Positions 36,001 through 51,000 of a DNA stretch of 64,000 nucleotides are shown one piece after another; position 1 is the stretch's first letter; every line of letters starts with the position of its first letter. The notes under the pieces are model-generated. The model did not search any database. It was given only the letters and a program-made list of their open reading frames with translations, and was not told the DNA's origin. Source of the DNA: Candidatus Omnitrophota bacterium. GTDB taxonomy: Bacteria > Omnitrophota > Omnitrophia > Omnitrophales > Aquincolibacteriaceae. The position numbers and the translations under genes were made by a program. Location of the stretch: NCBI GenBank assembly GCA_023247055.1, contig JAHFHF010000006.1, forward strand, positions 600 through 64,599, given 5' to 3'.

Positions 36001-39000
36001 CGCATCCTGGCCGAGTTGACCGTGCGCGCGCGTGCCGTGGCCCGTTATAACCAGATGAGCCCGCTGCTGTTGGACCGCGCGGATGTCAACCGCGACGGCA
36101 GCGTGACTGCCGCTGACGTGACAGCGCTCAATCTGGCCATGGCCACGGTGGATGACATCAATCTCGACGGCGTGGTCGACCTGCTCGATAAGGCCATCTG
36201 GCAGCAGCTCCTGCCGCTGATTCCGACGCTGGATTTCCTGAATGGAACCTTAGCCGGGCTGGGCGATGTGGATGCGGACAGCCAGCTTGACAGCGACGAC
36301 GTCTCCTTGTTCCGTTCGTACTTGTCGGCTTACGTCAACGTGGATCAAGACCCAGCCGGGCTGGTGGATTCGAGCGATGTCCTGGCCGTGAGCAATTATG
36401 TGAATTCAGGCTACACCTTCAAATACGGCACGCCGGACACCGTGACGCTGTACCGCTACTTCGGTGAAACCCAGCCCAAAGTCGTGCACGTGGCCGATCC
36501 GAACCAGACCATCTATGTCAATTCGATCTTTGATGTACTCGATTCCACGAGCAATGAGACATTGGATGCCCTGACGGATGTGGAGTTTCCTGAGAATCAG
36601 GGCTTTTATGCCGGCCAGATGCAGGGAATTGAGCGCTCAGCACTGGCTTCCGATGATGAAAGCGCCGTGGCGCTCTTGGCCAGCCGCGCCCGCGACTTAC
36701 TGGATCAGGCGCTCTTGGGCCGCGATCTTTTGACCCTCATCAATACGCCCGCCAGCCGTCAAGTGGCACAGACTGCGGATGGAACGCTTGAAACTTTGGC
36801 TGATCTTTACACGGCCCTGCAGGATTGGACCAAGTTTGCCGCTCAAAAAGAAGACGTCGTGCGTTTGGATCGCGAAGCGCTCGTCAGTGCGGAAGCGGCG
36901 TTGGCCCAAGCGCGTGCCGCATTGGCCGGGCTTGTCGCTCAAGTCAATGCCGGCACGCTTTCATCGGCGGATCCTGCCTTCGCCGCGGCGCTGGCCAATG
37001 TCAGTGCCAGGGAAAGCGCATACACAGCGGCAAAAAACACCTTGAGCGCATCGGCGCAGGACTCCGGCCGCGTGCGGCGCGAGAAAATCCTGCTGGACTA
37101 TCTCTACAAGTCGGCCAAGAACGATTTGGAATCCCTGCGGCGCTCGTACGAAAAAATTCGCGCTCAAGCCGAGGCGTTGCGTTACAAGAGTTACGCGGCC
37201 GTTACAAGTTCGTTTGTCCGCTATCTTGGAGATGCCGCCTATGCCGCGGGGCAAAAACTTGACCCCAATAAACCGGAGGACAAACCGCTGATCCGCGCGC
37301 TTCAGGAAGTCCAGGCCTTCCAGTACCGTCTGGCGGAAACAACCGGCAATGATTTGATGGACTTGTATAACGGCCTTAGCTTTGCGCGTGACAATGGGTG
37401 GGAAACCGGTCTTCAGCCGCCGGCGGACCCGATGCCTTTGACGATGGGCGCCTGGAATGATGATACCAACCCGCTGCAATTGATTGACTTTGATCATTCC
37501 AGCGCCCGGGAATTCCGCGCGAACGTCGACCGGCTCAAAATTATTTTCGAGCATTGGGGCGAACCGCTGCCTGGAACCGGCACGGGTGGTCTTGACCTAA
37601 TGCTTGATGCCAGCCAGGTTACGTTCATCGAGCAGTTACGGGCCAAGATGGATACCATGACGCGTCTGATGCATCAAAACTATCCGTATTGGCAGCTGAA
37701 GCTGGGCGACGTGCTCTCAGGCGTGCCGCATTTCTTTACCGAGGCGCGCATGCTGATCGAAGGCGCTAAAGTGTATTACCAGGAACTCAAGATCCGGGCC
37801 GCGCTTGTGCGAAGCGCGCATCAGGCCTATGCCTCCCGTCAAACCGAATTTAATGCGGCCGCTGCTCGCGCTCTCGGTGTGGACCTGAAGGACCTGGATA
37901 CGGATGGCGATGTGGATTATGACGATTTGAATGTTCTTAAAACCCGTGTGGATACGGAAGAGCAGGAGTATACCGGCACGCTGGGCTTAATGAGTGAACT
38001 GACCGCGCCCGATGTCGGCCTCGAAGCCGTGTTGAATAAACTCGAAGGCTTCTACGGCAATATGAAACCCGTGGACCGGCTTGAAAATCTGCGCCGTGAA
38101 TTCTCGGCTTTTGAAGAACGCGTGCGCATGGCCCCAACGGCTGAAGCGGCGGCGGCTGAATACGAAGCGGCTGCGCTGGTGCTGCGTGACATCACCATGC
38201 CCAATGAAGAACACTCCGTGCGTATTTCCGGTGAGCTTGACCGCGCCGCCGCGCCGGGGACTTATAATCAGGTGGCCGTGTCTTTTGCCGCACCCATGCC
38301 TGAATTCAGAGTCGGGACAACAACCTTCAAATTTCCATTCCATCTGCGTATTGGCAATGAAATCTTTGGCATGCGTGCCGGCGACCACACCGTGACGCCC
38401 GAAATCATGAACCAGGCGTTTACGTTCTATAAACTTTATGACGTGGTCGATGTGACTCTGCCGGATGGGTCGATCATCGGTTACAACCAGCCGGTCACCA
38501 CGCTGGCCGCCATGAATCCCTTTGTTTCGTATTACGATATTCCGACGGGAGAACACCGGGTCAACGTGGGACCGATCACTTACCGGCTGGATGAAGGTTT
38601 GACCGGTCTTTGGCTGCGGCTTGAAACCGAAAAAGATCAATATGTGGAAATCGCCGAAGAACAATACAGCCTCTTCATGAGCGGCAATCCCGTTTATATG
38701 GCCGTGCGCCGTGCCTATGAAGATGCGGCGGCCGCCTACGAAAGTGCCGCCAACGCCGTCACCGCCGAAGAGGAACGTGTGGCGGATGAGGAAGAGGATC
38801 GCGCGGCAGCTATCCGCCGGAGCGTTGACGCACTGATGCAAAATCAAATCACACCGCTTGGGCTGGGGATTTTCGGCACATCCGGCAGCGTTCTTTTAGA
38901 TGCGGCCGAGATCGAGCGCCGTTTGGATGAGTTCGCGAATTATGAAGCCGAGTTTGATCAATTGCAGAATGAAATCGTCCGCCTGCAAGCCATGGCTTTG

Positions 39001-42000
39001 GCGCCGGCCCTGACCGAGGTCAATGCCAAGGCCGCACTGGTTGCCGCCCAAGCGGCGCCGCGTAATGCTGTCAAGGCTGATCTTGAGACAGCCCACGCCC
39101 AGGCGCAATTTGCCGCGGAATTGGCCGCGGCCTTTAACGCCGCGCGCGCGGCGTTGGGAAGGGGCCAGCTTTCGTCATCCGGACTTGCTGGGCTAAGCGA
39201 GAGTGTGTTGAATGCGCGCTACAGCGGACTTTTGGCCGAGAGACTTGCTTCTGAACTGGCGCTGGCGCGCTACATGCAAATCTATGAGCGCATGAATGGT
39301 GCGGCGCGCGCGCGTCTGGATTCCATCTACGACCGCACGGCTTTGGCCGCGGATTGGCAAGCCGCATTCAGCAATTTGAACACGGCGCTGCAAACTGCGG
39401 AAGCGGCGCGGATCGCGGATGAGATTACGGCCGGAACAACGAATTTATCCGCGATTGCTGGCAATCTCAATAGCACGATTACCGCAGCGGATACGAATTT
39501 TGACAACCGTAAACTGGTGCTTGATACCGCGGCCGGAGCGGCCACGGATAACGCCACGCTCAAACCGCTGGTCGAAGGCGCGGACGGCTATATCGAAATG
39601 CGCAACAAAATCCAAGGCATGAAAGATCTTTTGGAACGCGCCCTGAATTGGTCGACGGACGCTTCTTTCGTGGCCTCCGTCACCGCCATGCTGTCGACGA
39701 TCAATGCGGATGCGGGCGCCTACGACACTGCGATCGCGATGCAAAATGTCCGCTTGGCGCATTTTGCCCTGCGTGACGGTCCGGTCACGGGCCAGCGCAA
39801 CCGGGTCGTGACGCTCAAGAACCAGGCGCAGACGATTGACACCGGCCTGCCGCCCAATCCCACGATCCAGGATGCGCGCGCGATCAATGCCGTGCTGGCA
39901 CGGGTTGCGGCCGCTGCCGGACAAATCGAAAAAATGCGCGATGAAGCGCGCGAACTTTTCCGCCGCACGGATGCGTATTATGCGGCGGTCGCGGCTTCGG
40001 GGCAGATCATTTTGGCGCCCTTGCGCGCGGATGAAATCAATGCGCTGAACGACATGAACAACCTCCTTCTCAATTTGAACACACGGCTTGCCGCGCTTGA
40101 AAATGACGCCTATCTGGTCGAACGCGACCGGTTGAACGGGATTAAGGCCGATCGCTTGACGGACAAAAACAACCGTTGGACGGACCTGACGGCAGCCGGC
40201 GGCCTGACGCCGATGAGCGGCAGCTATGAGAATTACTACGCCAACCATGATCTGGTGCGCGCCCTGCGTGAGGAGACCGACGCAGAAGCCGTGGCCGGTG
40301 AGAAAGTTAAGGAACAACGCGACATCGTGACAGTTCAGCTTGTTGCTCGCGCCGACGCTCTGCGCGCTTCGATGCAGGCTGTTATTCAAAGCCAGCTTGA
40401 GCCGCTGCTTGCGGGCCTTCTCGATGTCAACGGCGTGCCCGTGCTTTCCGAAGCGGAGTTGACTCTGCGCATGGGGCAAGCTCGCACCAAACGCGCTGAC
40501 TTTGAGGCCCTGCGCGATGAGTTGAACCGGATTAAAACCTATCTGCCTGACGATGCCCGGGAAGATTTTCAGGTTTATCTGAATGCCGCTTCGACTTTTG
40601 GCCTGCGGGTCGATGAGATTTTGACTCAGCTGGCGGATGCGCTCAACTATGAAGTGCATGCGGATGGTGCGCGCGCAGCGATGAGCGCCGCTGCGGCCGC
40701 TGCGGCCAGCGCTTCAGTGCGGATCGGCGGCCTGAATTTGACTGCGCTTTCGGATGCGGCTTTGGGCAATCTGCGCTCGGGGCTTTTGAGCGACCGCGCC
40801 AATCTTGAAGCCGCCCTGCTCAACTATGAGCGCCTATTCGCCACAGCCACGGGCGCCAGCCAGAACCGTCTGGCCAGCATCTATAACACCGCGTCCCTGC
40901 GGGCGGCCTTTAACAGCATGTTTAATGCACTTGATGCCGAACTGGCACGCCGCGAACAGATTTTGATTCAAGCGGCGCTGACAAGTATGCCGCCTGCGCT
41001 CACGGCAGCCACATTGGCTGCCAATACGGCCGCCACGATTGCCAATTGGAAAGCTGATTTTACAACTCGCCTAGGCCTGTTGGAAAGCGCCTTCCAGACG
41101 GCCTCTACGGGTGCGGCCATGAATCTAGTCATTCTGAATGCGGCGGCAGATGATTTGACGGACCTTCTGCTGGATGCCGAAGAAGCGCGCCGCGCCGTCA
41201 CGCGCATGCCAGCCTGGGTGGCCGAAAGACCGCTGACGGAAACAGCGGCATTCCGCAATGAAGTCACAGCCGGTGCAGAAGAGATCGGCTTCCTGCTTCA
41301 GCGCATCACGGCCAAAATGCTGGGCATGAACAAAATTGCCGGTTATCAGACCATGAAGGAAGGCGAACTCAGCGCGAATCTTACGGTCGTTCAGGCCGCT
41401 AAAGCCGAGGTTGATGCGCTTGAGGCGGCCTTGTTAGCAGTGCCTGCTGCGGATGCGCCCGTCACGGACCTGGATCGCGCGCGCGTGGAAGGGGAGATTG
41501 CCTTGAAGGCCATGCATCTGCAATGGTCACTGGCCGAAGAGCGCCTGCGCGCCTCGCGCGAATTGCAGCTTGGCGCCGGCGCCGCCGCCGCGGGCTATAC
41601 GGCCCCGTCGGTTTCTGACCAGGATACGGCCTTGCTTGGCATCATGCAGGCTGCCGGCCGCCTGTCCACGCGCCTGGCCGACCTAGATAAACGCCGCGAA
41701 CTCAAAGCGCTGGAAGAAGCCCGGCGCAAACAGTATGAGGCTGCGCTCAAAGTCCAGGAAGCCAAAGACCGGGTCAATGGCGACTCGGTACTCTACTGGT
41801 TCCAGACGGTCCATGACATGGCCTATCAATCCCTGCAGGAAACCCGCGATCTCAAGCGTGCCTTTGAAAATGCCTTTGCCGCCATGCGCGTCTCGTTTGA
41901 AAACATGCGCGCCAAAGTGCAGGCTGAAAACGAAATTCAGAAAAAAGCCAAAGATCTGTCCGAGGAACTCAAGGCGCATGCACAAATTGTCAACCAACTT

Positions 42001-45000
42001 GTCTTTGACTTGTCACTCTTGGAAAATTTCGGTGAGATCGTGACCGATCCCGACAACGCCAACTTCTCCCATGTGGATTTGGCGGATAACGCCCAAATCC
42101 TGCTGCGTCAGATCAACGAATATACGGGCGGGCTGGGCGACGGCAAGAAGGGCCTGATCGATGACTATCAAGACATCAAGGCCATGGCCGAGTCTCAGCC
42201 GGAAAATATCGAATTGCAGCGAATTTTGAAAGACGTGGAACCGACCGCGCTTGACGCCATGGCCATTCAGCGCGTACTCAGCGACCTCTTTGGCGTGATG
42301 AGCGCCTACAGCCGTTCGGTCCAGCATCAGGAACTAGCGCGCGCAGCCATCGAAGCCGAGAAACAGTTGATGGCGCTTTTTGAAAATGAAACCGACGACG
42401 GCGCCAAGGCGGCTTACTTTGACCTCTTCCAGCAGGCGGAAGGCAAACGCCAGGAAGCGATGAATCTGTCCATGTCAGAAGCGCGCGGCATTCTGGGGAA
42501 CCTGGACCAATTGCGCGAGTACGTCGATAACTCCGACCCGTTCCTGAAAGAAAACTATCCGTCGCTTCTGACGGCCGACAAGCTGCGCATCGTCAGCCTG
42601 CTTGAAAAAATCATCGGCAGTGCAAACCTGTTGTCTCTCTCCAACGGCACGGGCGTTGAGACACCATTGGGCTCAGTCGTCGATGTGGAACACCGTCTTG
42701 ATCTGGTGACGCGCCTGCGCAATAACCGGGGTTTGAGCAACGCGCCGCAGACGGAATCCGGCAGCGCGATGACGAATGTTGAAAATTTTAAATTTAATTT
42801 TAAAAATGACGTCATTCCAGCCGGATTCCCGATTCAGAACAATACTGTCTATGAATGGTTCCCGGCACCCGCAACGCCGCCGGCCGTCACGCCCAAGTGG
42901 TACGACCTTCAAGCCGGTTCAATTAATTTCTCGGCTCCGGCTTCAAATTTTGTACCTGGCCAGGCGTATGTGATTATGCGCTATGTCAAGCATCCGACCC
43001 GCTATAGACCGTGGAACGGTGTGGGTCCGGAACCGATTCATGAAGACGAGGAATTCCTCTACCGTGTCGTCACATTCTTGCGTGAGCCGTCGGACGACAA
43101 ACCGGGTGAGATGGTGACGATTCTGCAGCAGCCTGAGAGAAAGCTGATTCCCGATCCCTCTAACCCAGCGGAAAAAATTGTCGGCACGAAGTGGGGGACG
43201 GTCGGTACGCCGCGCACTGACGCTATCAACAAATATGTGCCGGGTGTGATTCTTGAGGGTTCATCCACGACCACGCCGCCGGTCGCAGAGCCGCAATGGA
43301 CCGGTAAGTCAGCGGATGTGGCCAAGGATGAAAATAATCAATTTGTCGTGGTCGTTGACGGCAAGATTTATCGTCAATCGGCCGCTCAGGTGACGTTGAT
43401 CAGCGACAACCGCTATACACCCGGCGGAGATGGCAAACTGACGCTTCAAATTTTAGTGACCGAGGGCACGGCCATTTCCTGGAAACAGCTTGTGATTATG
43501 CCCGAGGCTTTCCGTGGTGAATTTAAAGGCGACATCAAAACCATTTTAGGAGCCAAGGACGCGCATGACCGTCTGCTCAAGGCCATGTTCGGCGCCACGG
43601 GTACGGCGGCCAATCCGGCCACGCCCGACGGCATCGGCGGACTACGCGGGGATGCTTTCCGGCGCACGGGCGGCGTCGAGTTTTTTGAGACACAAAAATT
43701 TATCCTGGATACGCCGCGTGAGATTTTCAAAAATACAAAGCTTATTGAGAATCCGCCTAACACTACGCCCAATCTGGTCACAAGCCTGCAGCTTGCGTCC
43801 GTACCGGTGACAATCAACGGGATTAATTCAATGGTTATCCAGCCCGCGCTTACGAGCGCTCTGCATCAATTTTTCCCGGTTCCCACCGGCTATGCGGTGC
43901 GCGAAGATTTGGATATCAGTTTGTTGGACAACGGCAATTTTAAAACGACCGCGTTGTTTGACCCTGACCTCAACGATTTAGAGGTTACGGTGGAGCGTGA
44001 TCCGCTCACATTAGACCCGCGGCGCGTCTCTGTTCCAGGGCTGGGAACTTTCGACGTCAAAGTGGTGCCAGGTTATGCGAATACGAACGAAATCGACAAT
44101 AGCAATTTCCACCAGTTCCAGGCGATCTACGATGTCGGTACCTTGAGCGCACCCGGCGGCAGCGGCAAACTCTATCTCTACCTGCCGGTTCATGTGGGCG
44201 AAATCTTCGCCGATGTCAATGGCGACGGCTATCTGGGGCTCGAGACCGATCCGGAACTGATGGTCTGGCAGGACGGCCAGCTTGTGGACATCAAGGCCAG
44301 AGACACGGCGTCGACAACCGCCACGCCTCCCGGCTTGGGGACACCGATTTCGCAGTACAAATTTGGGATTGGGGTTGCTCCGGATAAAGTAACGCTTAGT
44401 TCTTACCTGCCGTGGATGAATGTGGCGGCGACGACCCTAAGGTCGGTTCAGCCGGGAACTTCAGCGATGGTGACGAACTTGGTGGAAATTCAGGGGCGCT
44501 TGTTTAGCTTCTCCGACGGGACGTTGCGGAGTGAAGTGGCGCTTAACAGCACGGATACGCAGTATGTTCTGCTTATGCCAACACTTGCGGATCCCCAGCA
44601 TACAGAAACGGTGGTGATTCAGCATAACGCGGTCAATACCGCAGCGGTTAATTTTGCAGCCGCGGTAACGCGCGATGGCACCGGCATTGAAGACTTTACG
44701 TACAAGGGCGTGCAGGATGCCTGGGATCCAACATTCCTGCATCGCAAAGTGACGTCTGCCATGGCCGCGGATTATCGGTTGGCGGTGCCAGGAACGGTCA
44801 CGTTTGAAGGCGACACGGTCAATTATAACGTTCTCAAGCACGTTGAAGTGACATATGAACTGGAAAATGGCGAAACATTCACGAGCCGGGGAGAAACTAC
44901 CGGGTTTGTGAGTGATGCGAGCAGCAACATCCTCGTGGGAACGGCCGCGAATCCCGTGACCTATACGGCACTTTCAACCACCCAAGTCCAGCTTTGCCAG

Positions 45001-48000
45001 GGACCGACCGTTCCGCCGGTTTGCCAGACGTTCAATGCGCGGGTTTTAAATCGCACCTACTTCGTCGAAAGCCAGTCCGGCCACAAGGCCGGTATGATGA
45101 CGTTCGGTGCCGTGACCTTGAAAAATTTGAATAGCGATGCAGCGGTGGTTATGGGCGGCATCCTGGCCAACATGGCTAATTCCGGCGGCAATGAAATGGA
45201 TCGCGAGACCGATATTGCCGAATTGATTGCGAATTCCCAGCATGTCAGTTCCTTGCGTGCATCCATGACCCAGGCTGAAACAGAGTACCAACAGGCGGCG
45301 GACCGCTACGAAGCAGCCTTTAAAATGTGGAAAGAGTATGAACGGCAAACAGGTTTGCCCGCAGCTTGGGGCGGAATTCAACAAACCGAAGAACAGGCCC
45401 TTCTGATCGACCCTGTAACCGGGCTGCCGACGACAGGGCTTATCCGTTTTGGCACGTACGAATATCTGCAGCAGACCAAGCGCGATTATCTGCTGGCCAA
45501 ACAAGAAAAAGAATTGCTCGAGCAGGAGCAAGCTTCGCTCTTGCGCCTAATCAAGACCAAAATAGATGAGTTCAAACGCGCAGACGAGCGTTATCAAGCC
45601 ATGCAAAACCTGCTCAATGAAGCCAAGGCCGTGGAACAGCTTTTGCGCTACTACATCGGCAATGACGATATGCAGTCGTCGACGTATGACCCCAATTACC
45701 TGGTGCCACCTCTGGGACCGGCCCTGCTGCCGACACAGGACTATGTTTCAACGGATGTGGAGTTTCAGTCTTTCATCGACGCGCGCAATTTGAATACGTT
45801 GACGGGCACGAACACGGGTCAGGAGTTTCAGGGCTGGATTGCCCAGGAAACCATCCGCGCGGCCATGAAGATCTGGCCCAAGAGCACCTGGGACACATCG
45901 GTGTTTACTCCCAATCCATTTCCCGGGGGCGGCTTAGAGGCGTATCTCATCCCGCAAATGATTCCGGATTCGCAGCAGCGTTATATGTACGGCAATTACA
46001 CAACGGCTGACGATGCTGCCCATGATTTTAACAACGCGGGCTTCTTTGCGCGCACGGGCGTCAATACGATTGATTACCACTATAGACCGGGGCTGGTGGA
46101 TCTGTTGGATGAAGTGGTGGGTATGGGGCCGCTCAATCCAGTGGCTGGCACGGCCTTGCCGCCCAGCGTATCCGATGTCAATCTTAAAAAATTGGATCTT
46201 AATTTGATTCCTTATGGAGAGTTAGACATGCTCATGTTTGACGAAAGTGTGCGCGAGCAAGTCCGGCTTGAGGGCGGCATTACCCAAAACGGAACGCGTT
46301 CCAACAATAGCTTAATCGAGGGGGTGGATGTCACGGCGAATAGGGGCACGCAAGCGGTGCTGGAACGCGTGGTCTACGGAGGGATTGCTGATTTGAGAAG
46401 CATCTACAAAGAATACCTGGATCTGCTCGTGGCCGGCAGCCTGCGTCTGGCTTCCGATGGGCGCCAAGACAAAACCGGCCACGGCGCCAGCGCGCTGGCG
46501 CTTTTGGAAAATATGTTCCGGGTCTTTAATAACCGGACCAGTCTCGGTCAATTTCCCTCCAGCATGGCGCCGTTGGCGGTTTATCAGAACCCGCCGGCAA
46601 ATTCGGAATTTTTGACAGGCGATCCCTCGGATGGTCCGGAAAAGGGCGGCAAAATGATCATCAGCCTGCCTAAGGAATTTACGGGCGATTTCAACAACTC
46701 CGCGGACAAAACGCATAACGGCACCTTAGACAGCAACGAATACATAAATTTGCCCGGAGAAATAACGGATAGGGACAAAGTCGTCATTGATTTGGAATGG
46801 ACGGGCTATCGCACAGAAACCATGGCGGGTACCAGCGCCGATGAAGCCGCTACGGGGCAAAATAAAGTGGATTTGGTTGATCGATTTTTTATCAAGCATA
46901 TCAGCTGGCATTCGGCGGACAATAAGCTATACGATTATTACTTTCTTCCGAAAGACGATCCGTTCCGCGGTACCGACCTCCCGGATGGTACGCTTCGCTT
47001 TTTTGACCCGCTCGGCGTCGAGCCCGGCAAGCCGGTCACGTTTAACATTTACATCCCCGATCCCTCTGCTGTGGCCGGTGCGGATAGGGCCAAAGACATC
47101 AAGCGTGCGTATTCGGTCTATGTGGACATCAAAAAAATGGATACGCATCCGGTCACGAGCCAACCCTTGCCTTCGGCTACAAAATTTTACGATGTCCAAT
47201 TCCGCCACGCTGACGGGCTGGTCCAGCAGATTCAGAACCTTATCGACAATCCCACGGCTCCCTCGGTGATCGAAAAAGACCGGGTCATGATCTTTGACGA
47301 AAATGATCCGACGATCTACCGGCTGGATGAAAACAATCCCGCGCATAGCCCGGTGAAAATGGAATTGGCCGAGCGCCGCACCCAGCTTGCGGACGAGATC
47401 AGCGGGCTTCTTGAAAAATACCGCGGTCTCTACGGCGGCAGCGACCTAAACGCCGAGGATACGGCTTTTAGCGACCAGGAAAATGCTGCTTTGGTAGCGA
47501 TCATCGGAAGCTTGGATTTGACGGCCCCGGTAGTCGGCGGCAATACGGTGCCCTCACGATTGATGGACGCGCAGACTAGCTATGCTGCCAAGCAGGATGA
47601 GTTTCTAAAAGCTGTTGCGATTGAATCTAAAACCCGTGTCCAGCTTGAAGATCAAGATGCCAAGTTCAAAGCCGCCAAAGATAAATACGAGGACATGCTC
47701 AAGCAATACCGTGCCGCGCAGGAAGATGCAGCCATGATTGCGGCCCGTCAGTTCGCAGATCCGGTCAAAGAAGCCCTGCGCGCGGATTGGAAGAGCAAAG
47801 AAACGACGGCGCTGGATCTGGAAAGGCAGTTACGCCTGGCTCAATCGAATCCCGATGTGCAGTCCGAGGACGTGCAGGCACTGGAGCAGCAGGCCATTAC
47901 GGCGCGTACGTCTGCGGATACGGCTCATAGCGCTTTTAATGACTACGTCAATGTTTACCTGGCCAAGGCCGAAGAGTTTAATAAGCGCGTGACTCTGCGC

Positions 48001-51000
48001 GCGCAGGAAGATATGGAGACCGCGCGCGATGCCTACCGTGACCTGGAAGAGGAATTTTTGAAAGGCCGCCAGGCGCTTGAGACGATGCGAGTCAGCCAAT
48101 ACAGCAATGAAGCCCTGCAAGACAAATACCGCAATGGCTTTGAACAGGCCCAGTACATGATTTCCAATCGCGATGAAGAACAGTTTACGCTGAAGTACGG
48201 GGCGCGTCAGGCGGAGAGCGCGGCATCTTTCGGCCGCAATCAAATTGAAACCGCGATTCAGGGCGCTGTCGATCAGATCGACCGCGTGCGCGATGCCGTG
48301 CAGGGCATCACCGCTGATTTTGAAAAATTGGCCGATGCTTCCGAAAAACAAACCTTGATGCAAACCCGGCTGCAGCCTGCGCTGGATAAGGCTGAACAGA
48401 CGGCTGACATTTATGAAGCCGCCGCGCAAGTGGAGTATGACGAGGCGCTCTACTGGATGGGCGCCAATAACAGTTTGCGATCCATTCTGGCGTATTCGGA
48501 AACAACGGTTTTTCCGCCTACGGGGGTGGGGACGGTCATCCGCATTCCAGGCTCCAATCCGCCGGTGAATGTAGCAGTCCGGTACGATGAACAGCTCAAG
48601 GTTTTCTGTTTTGAAAATCTTTGCAATGCCGGCGGCCAGCTCATGCTGGATGGCGGTAGTGTGCAATACGGCGGCAAGTCTTACAAAGTCAATTTGAACG
48701 GCAGTAAAGCTAAAGGCGGTTATATTGAACTGACCGCGCCTGATCCGGACATGATCCGCGGCGTTTTTGATATCGGCGACAGCAAACGCCAGGATTATTT
48801 CAGCCTCCAGAACCGGGAGATTGCATTGACCCGTGAAAAGATGATGCTCGAGGAAGAGGCCGCCATCCGCGATGCGGAAATCGCCGGGAATCTTGCCAAA
48901 GTGCAGGCACTGCTTGCGGCTTATAACACGGCCAATGCCAATAGTGATCTCTCGCAGGCCGACAAAGACCGGGCCTATCAGCTCTGGAAATCAGCCCGGG
49001 AGCAGCTCAATGAACTCTACATCCAGCGCTTCGGCGTCTTTGATCAGTCGCCTGCGCCGCCAACGGCAGCCTATCAAGATCCTCGAACATTAACAGCCGT
49101 TCTGTGCTCTGACGCCGAGTGGATTGGCCGCTGCAACAGTCTTGCGCAGAGTATTTACCGCCGTTTGGACGACGTCACCACGCAGCTTACAAGCGTCGCA
49201 ACCCTCAAGACCCAGGCGACGAACAATTACAATACGGCGCTGACCCAATTGGGCGGGTTGAGCGATGCTCCGACAGTGCTCAGTACGCGCGATCAACTAT
49301 TCGATGTTTTGGTTAATCTTCCGGATAGTCTCGCGCGGCGGCAAGCTGAGTCCATGGCCGCGAGTTTTGCCTATGGCATGGACAGTGCCGGTTGGGACGA
49401 TAGCATTGTCGCGCTATGTCCGGCGGGCTCTACGGATGATGAAATTGACATCGATTGCGTGCGCCGGGATTCCAAAGGCAAGATTATGACGGATATCCAT
49501 GGAAATGTGATGTACATTCCGTTTGAAAAGAATGCTGTCGGGTATGTGGAGGGTGCCCGCAAAACTGCCTGGTACAATTTTTACAAAGAAGAAGCGGCCA
49601 TGCGCGATTTTGAACTGCGCAAGTCGTTTGTCGAAGAAGCCCTGAAAGGCGTCAATGCGCAGCTTGAAGAAATCATCAAAGCCAAGTTGACGGTGGAACA
49701 GGAGATTCAGGATGTTCTGAAGGGTTCGAATCAAAAGACTTCGACCACTCCGGCCCAGGCGATTAATTTCTATTTTAATCCAGCAGATCCGCTTGCCTTT
49801 GTGGGCCCGGTGCAGCCTTGGGAAGTGGTCTCGCCCTATTTCTATGAGAGTGCCAATGCCAAGACGTACTATGAAGCCGAACTTGATCCGCGGGTCCAAA
49901 AATTAATGCGGTTGATCAAACCGGACACCGGAGTGGCGCTGGGAACTCCATCGCTTGACGCCGCAGGCGTTATTTTTCAAGCGCTTACGGATTTGCGTCA
50001 AAGACAGCAAAATTTACAGAACGAACTTAAAACACTTTATAACGGCTGGAATTATCAGGTGCCGGTTTTGGCCAACCGGGACCCCGGCGCGTCGACCGGA
50101 GTTGAACTTTACCGGGAATGGAATATGGCCGCGCCGAATGGCTCTGCCGGATGGTCCACGGCCTGGGATGCGGCGGCGACCTGGACGGAGTGGGAGCACC
50201 GCAATCAGGCTGAAGACACGGCGCGCATTGCAGCGTTAGAGTCGCAATATGTGGGGAGTCATCCGGATGTGATAGCGGCCCGAAACAGCGCCGGTGGGAC
50301 TGAAGGTTTTGCCGCCATTGCTAAACAAAACGAACGCAAATCCATGGTCCGATCCGAAATCGAAGAGACCCTCTTGGCCGGCGTTGAGACCGACCAGCGG
50401 CGTCTGGAAGCCGCGCTGGATAAACTTACGGTGGTGCGCGACACCATGACCGACGAAATGAAAGTGCTGAACCTTGAATTGATTCAGCAGAGAGAAAAAC
50501 TCAAAGAGAAAACTAATCTGTATAACCCGGCCTATGGGGTCGGAACGGCACCGGCCGGCGTTCTGCAAAACAACTGGGAAACCACGGCTAAGAATCTTGG
50601 GTTTGATTTTGAAAAAGATCAAAGCGATTACGTGGCGGCGCGGCTGGCGCTGATGACGGCGTTCTGCGGCGGGGTGAACTGTCCGGATACGCTCAGCGCG
50701 TTTACGGGCGCCCCTAAACTTTCGGTTCTTAAAAGTGTTTTGGACGGCTTGGCCTCGACAAACCGGCCGCTCTGGAACCAGCTCAAGGGTAATTTTGAAG
50801 CGTTGAAAAACTATTTTATGAGCGTGATTATGATTACGTCGCCGGCTGTCAGCGCAACGGTCAGCAGCGCCGACCTGGCTCTGAATGGGCTCACTTACGA
50901 TTGGACGGCGATCCTGCCGGCGCGCGGCAAACTGGAACTTGCCAATTTTGCCGTGCTCTATCTGCGCAGCTATCTGGATACGGCTCCCGACCGTACCACG

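Noticed and set aside
46340-46362. taggggcacgcaagcggtgc as a possible further GTAG-type REP
   Set aside because: It lacks the GTAG foot and a convincing complementary arm.
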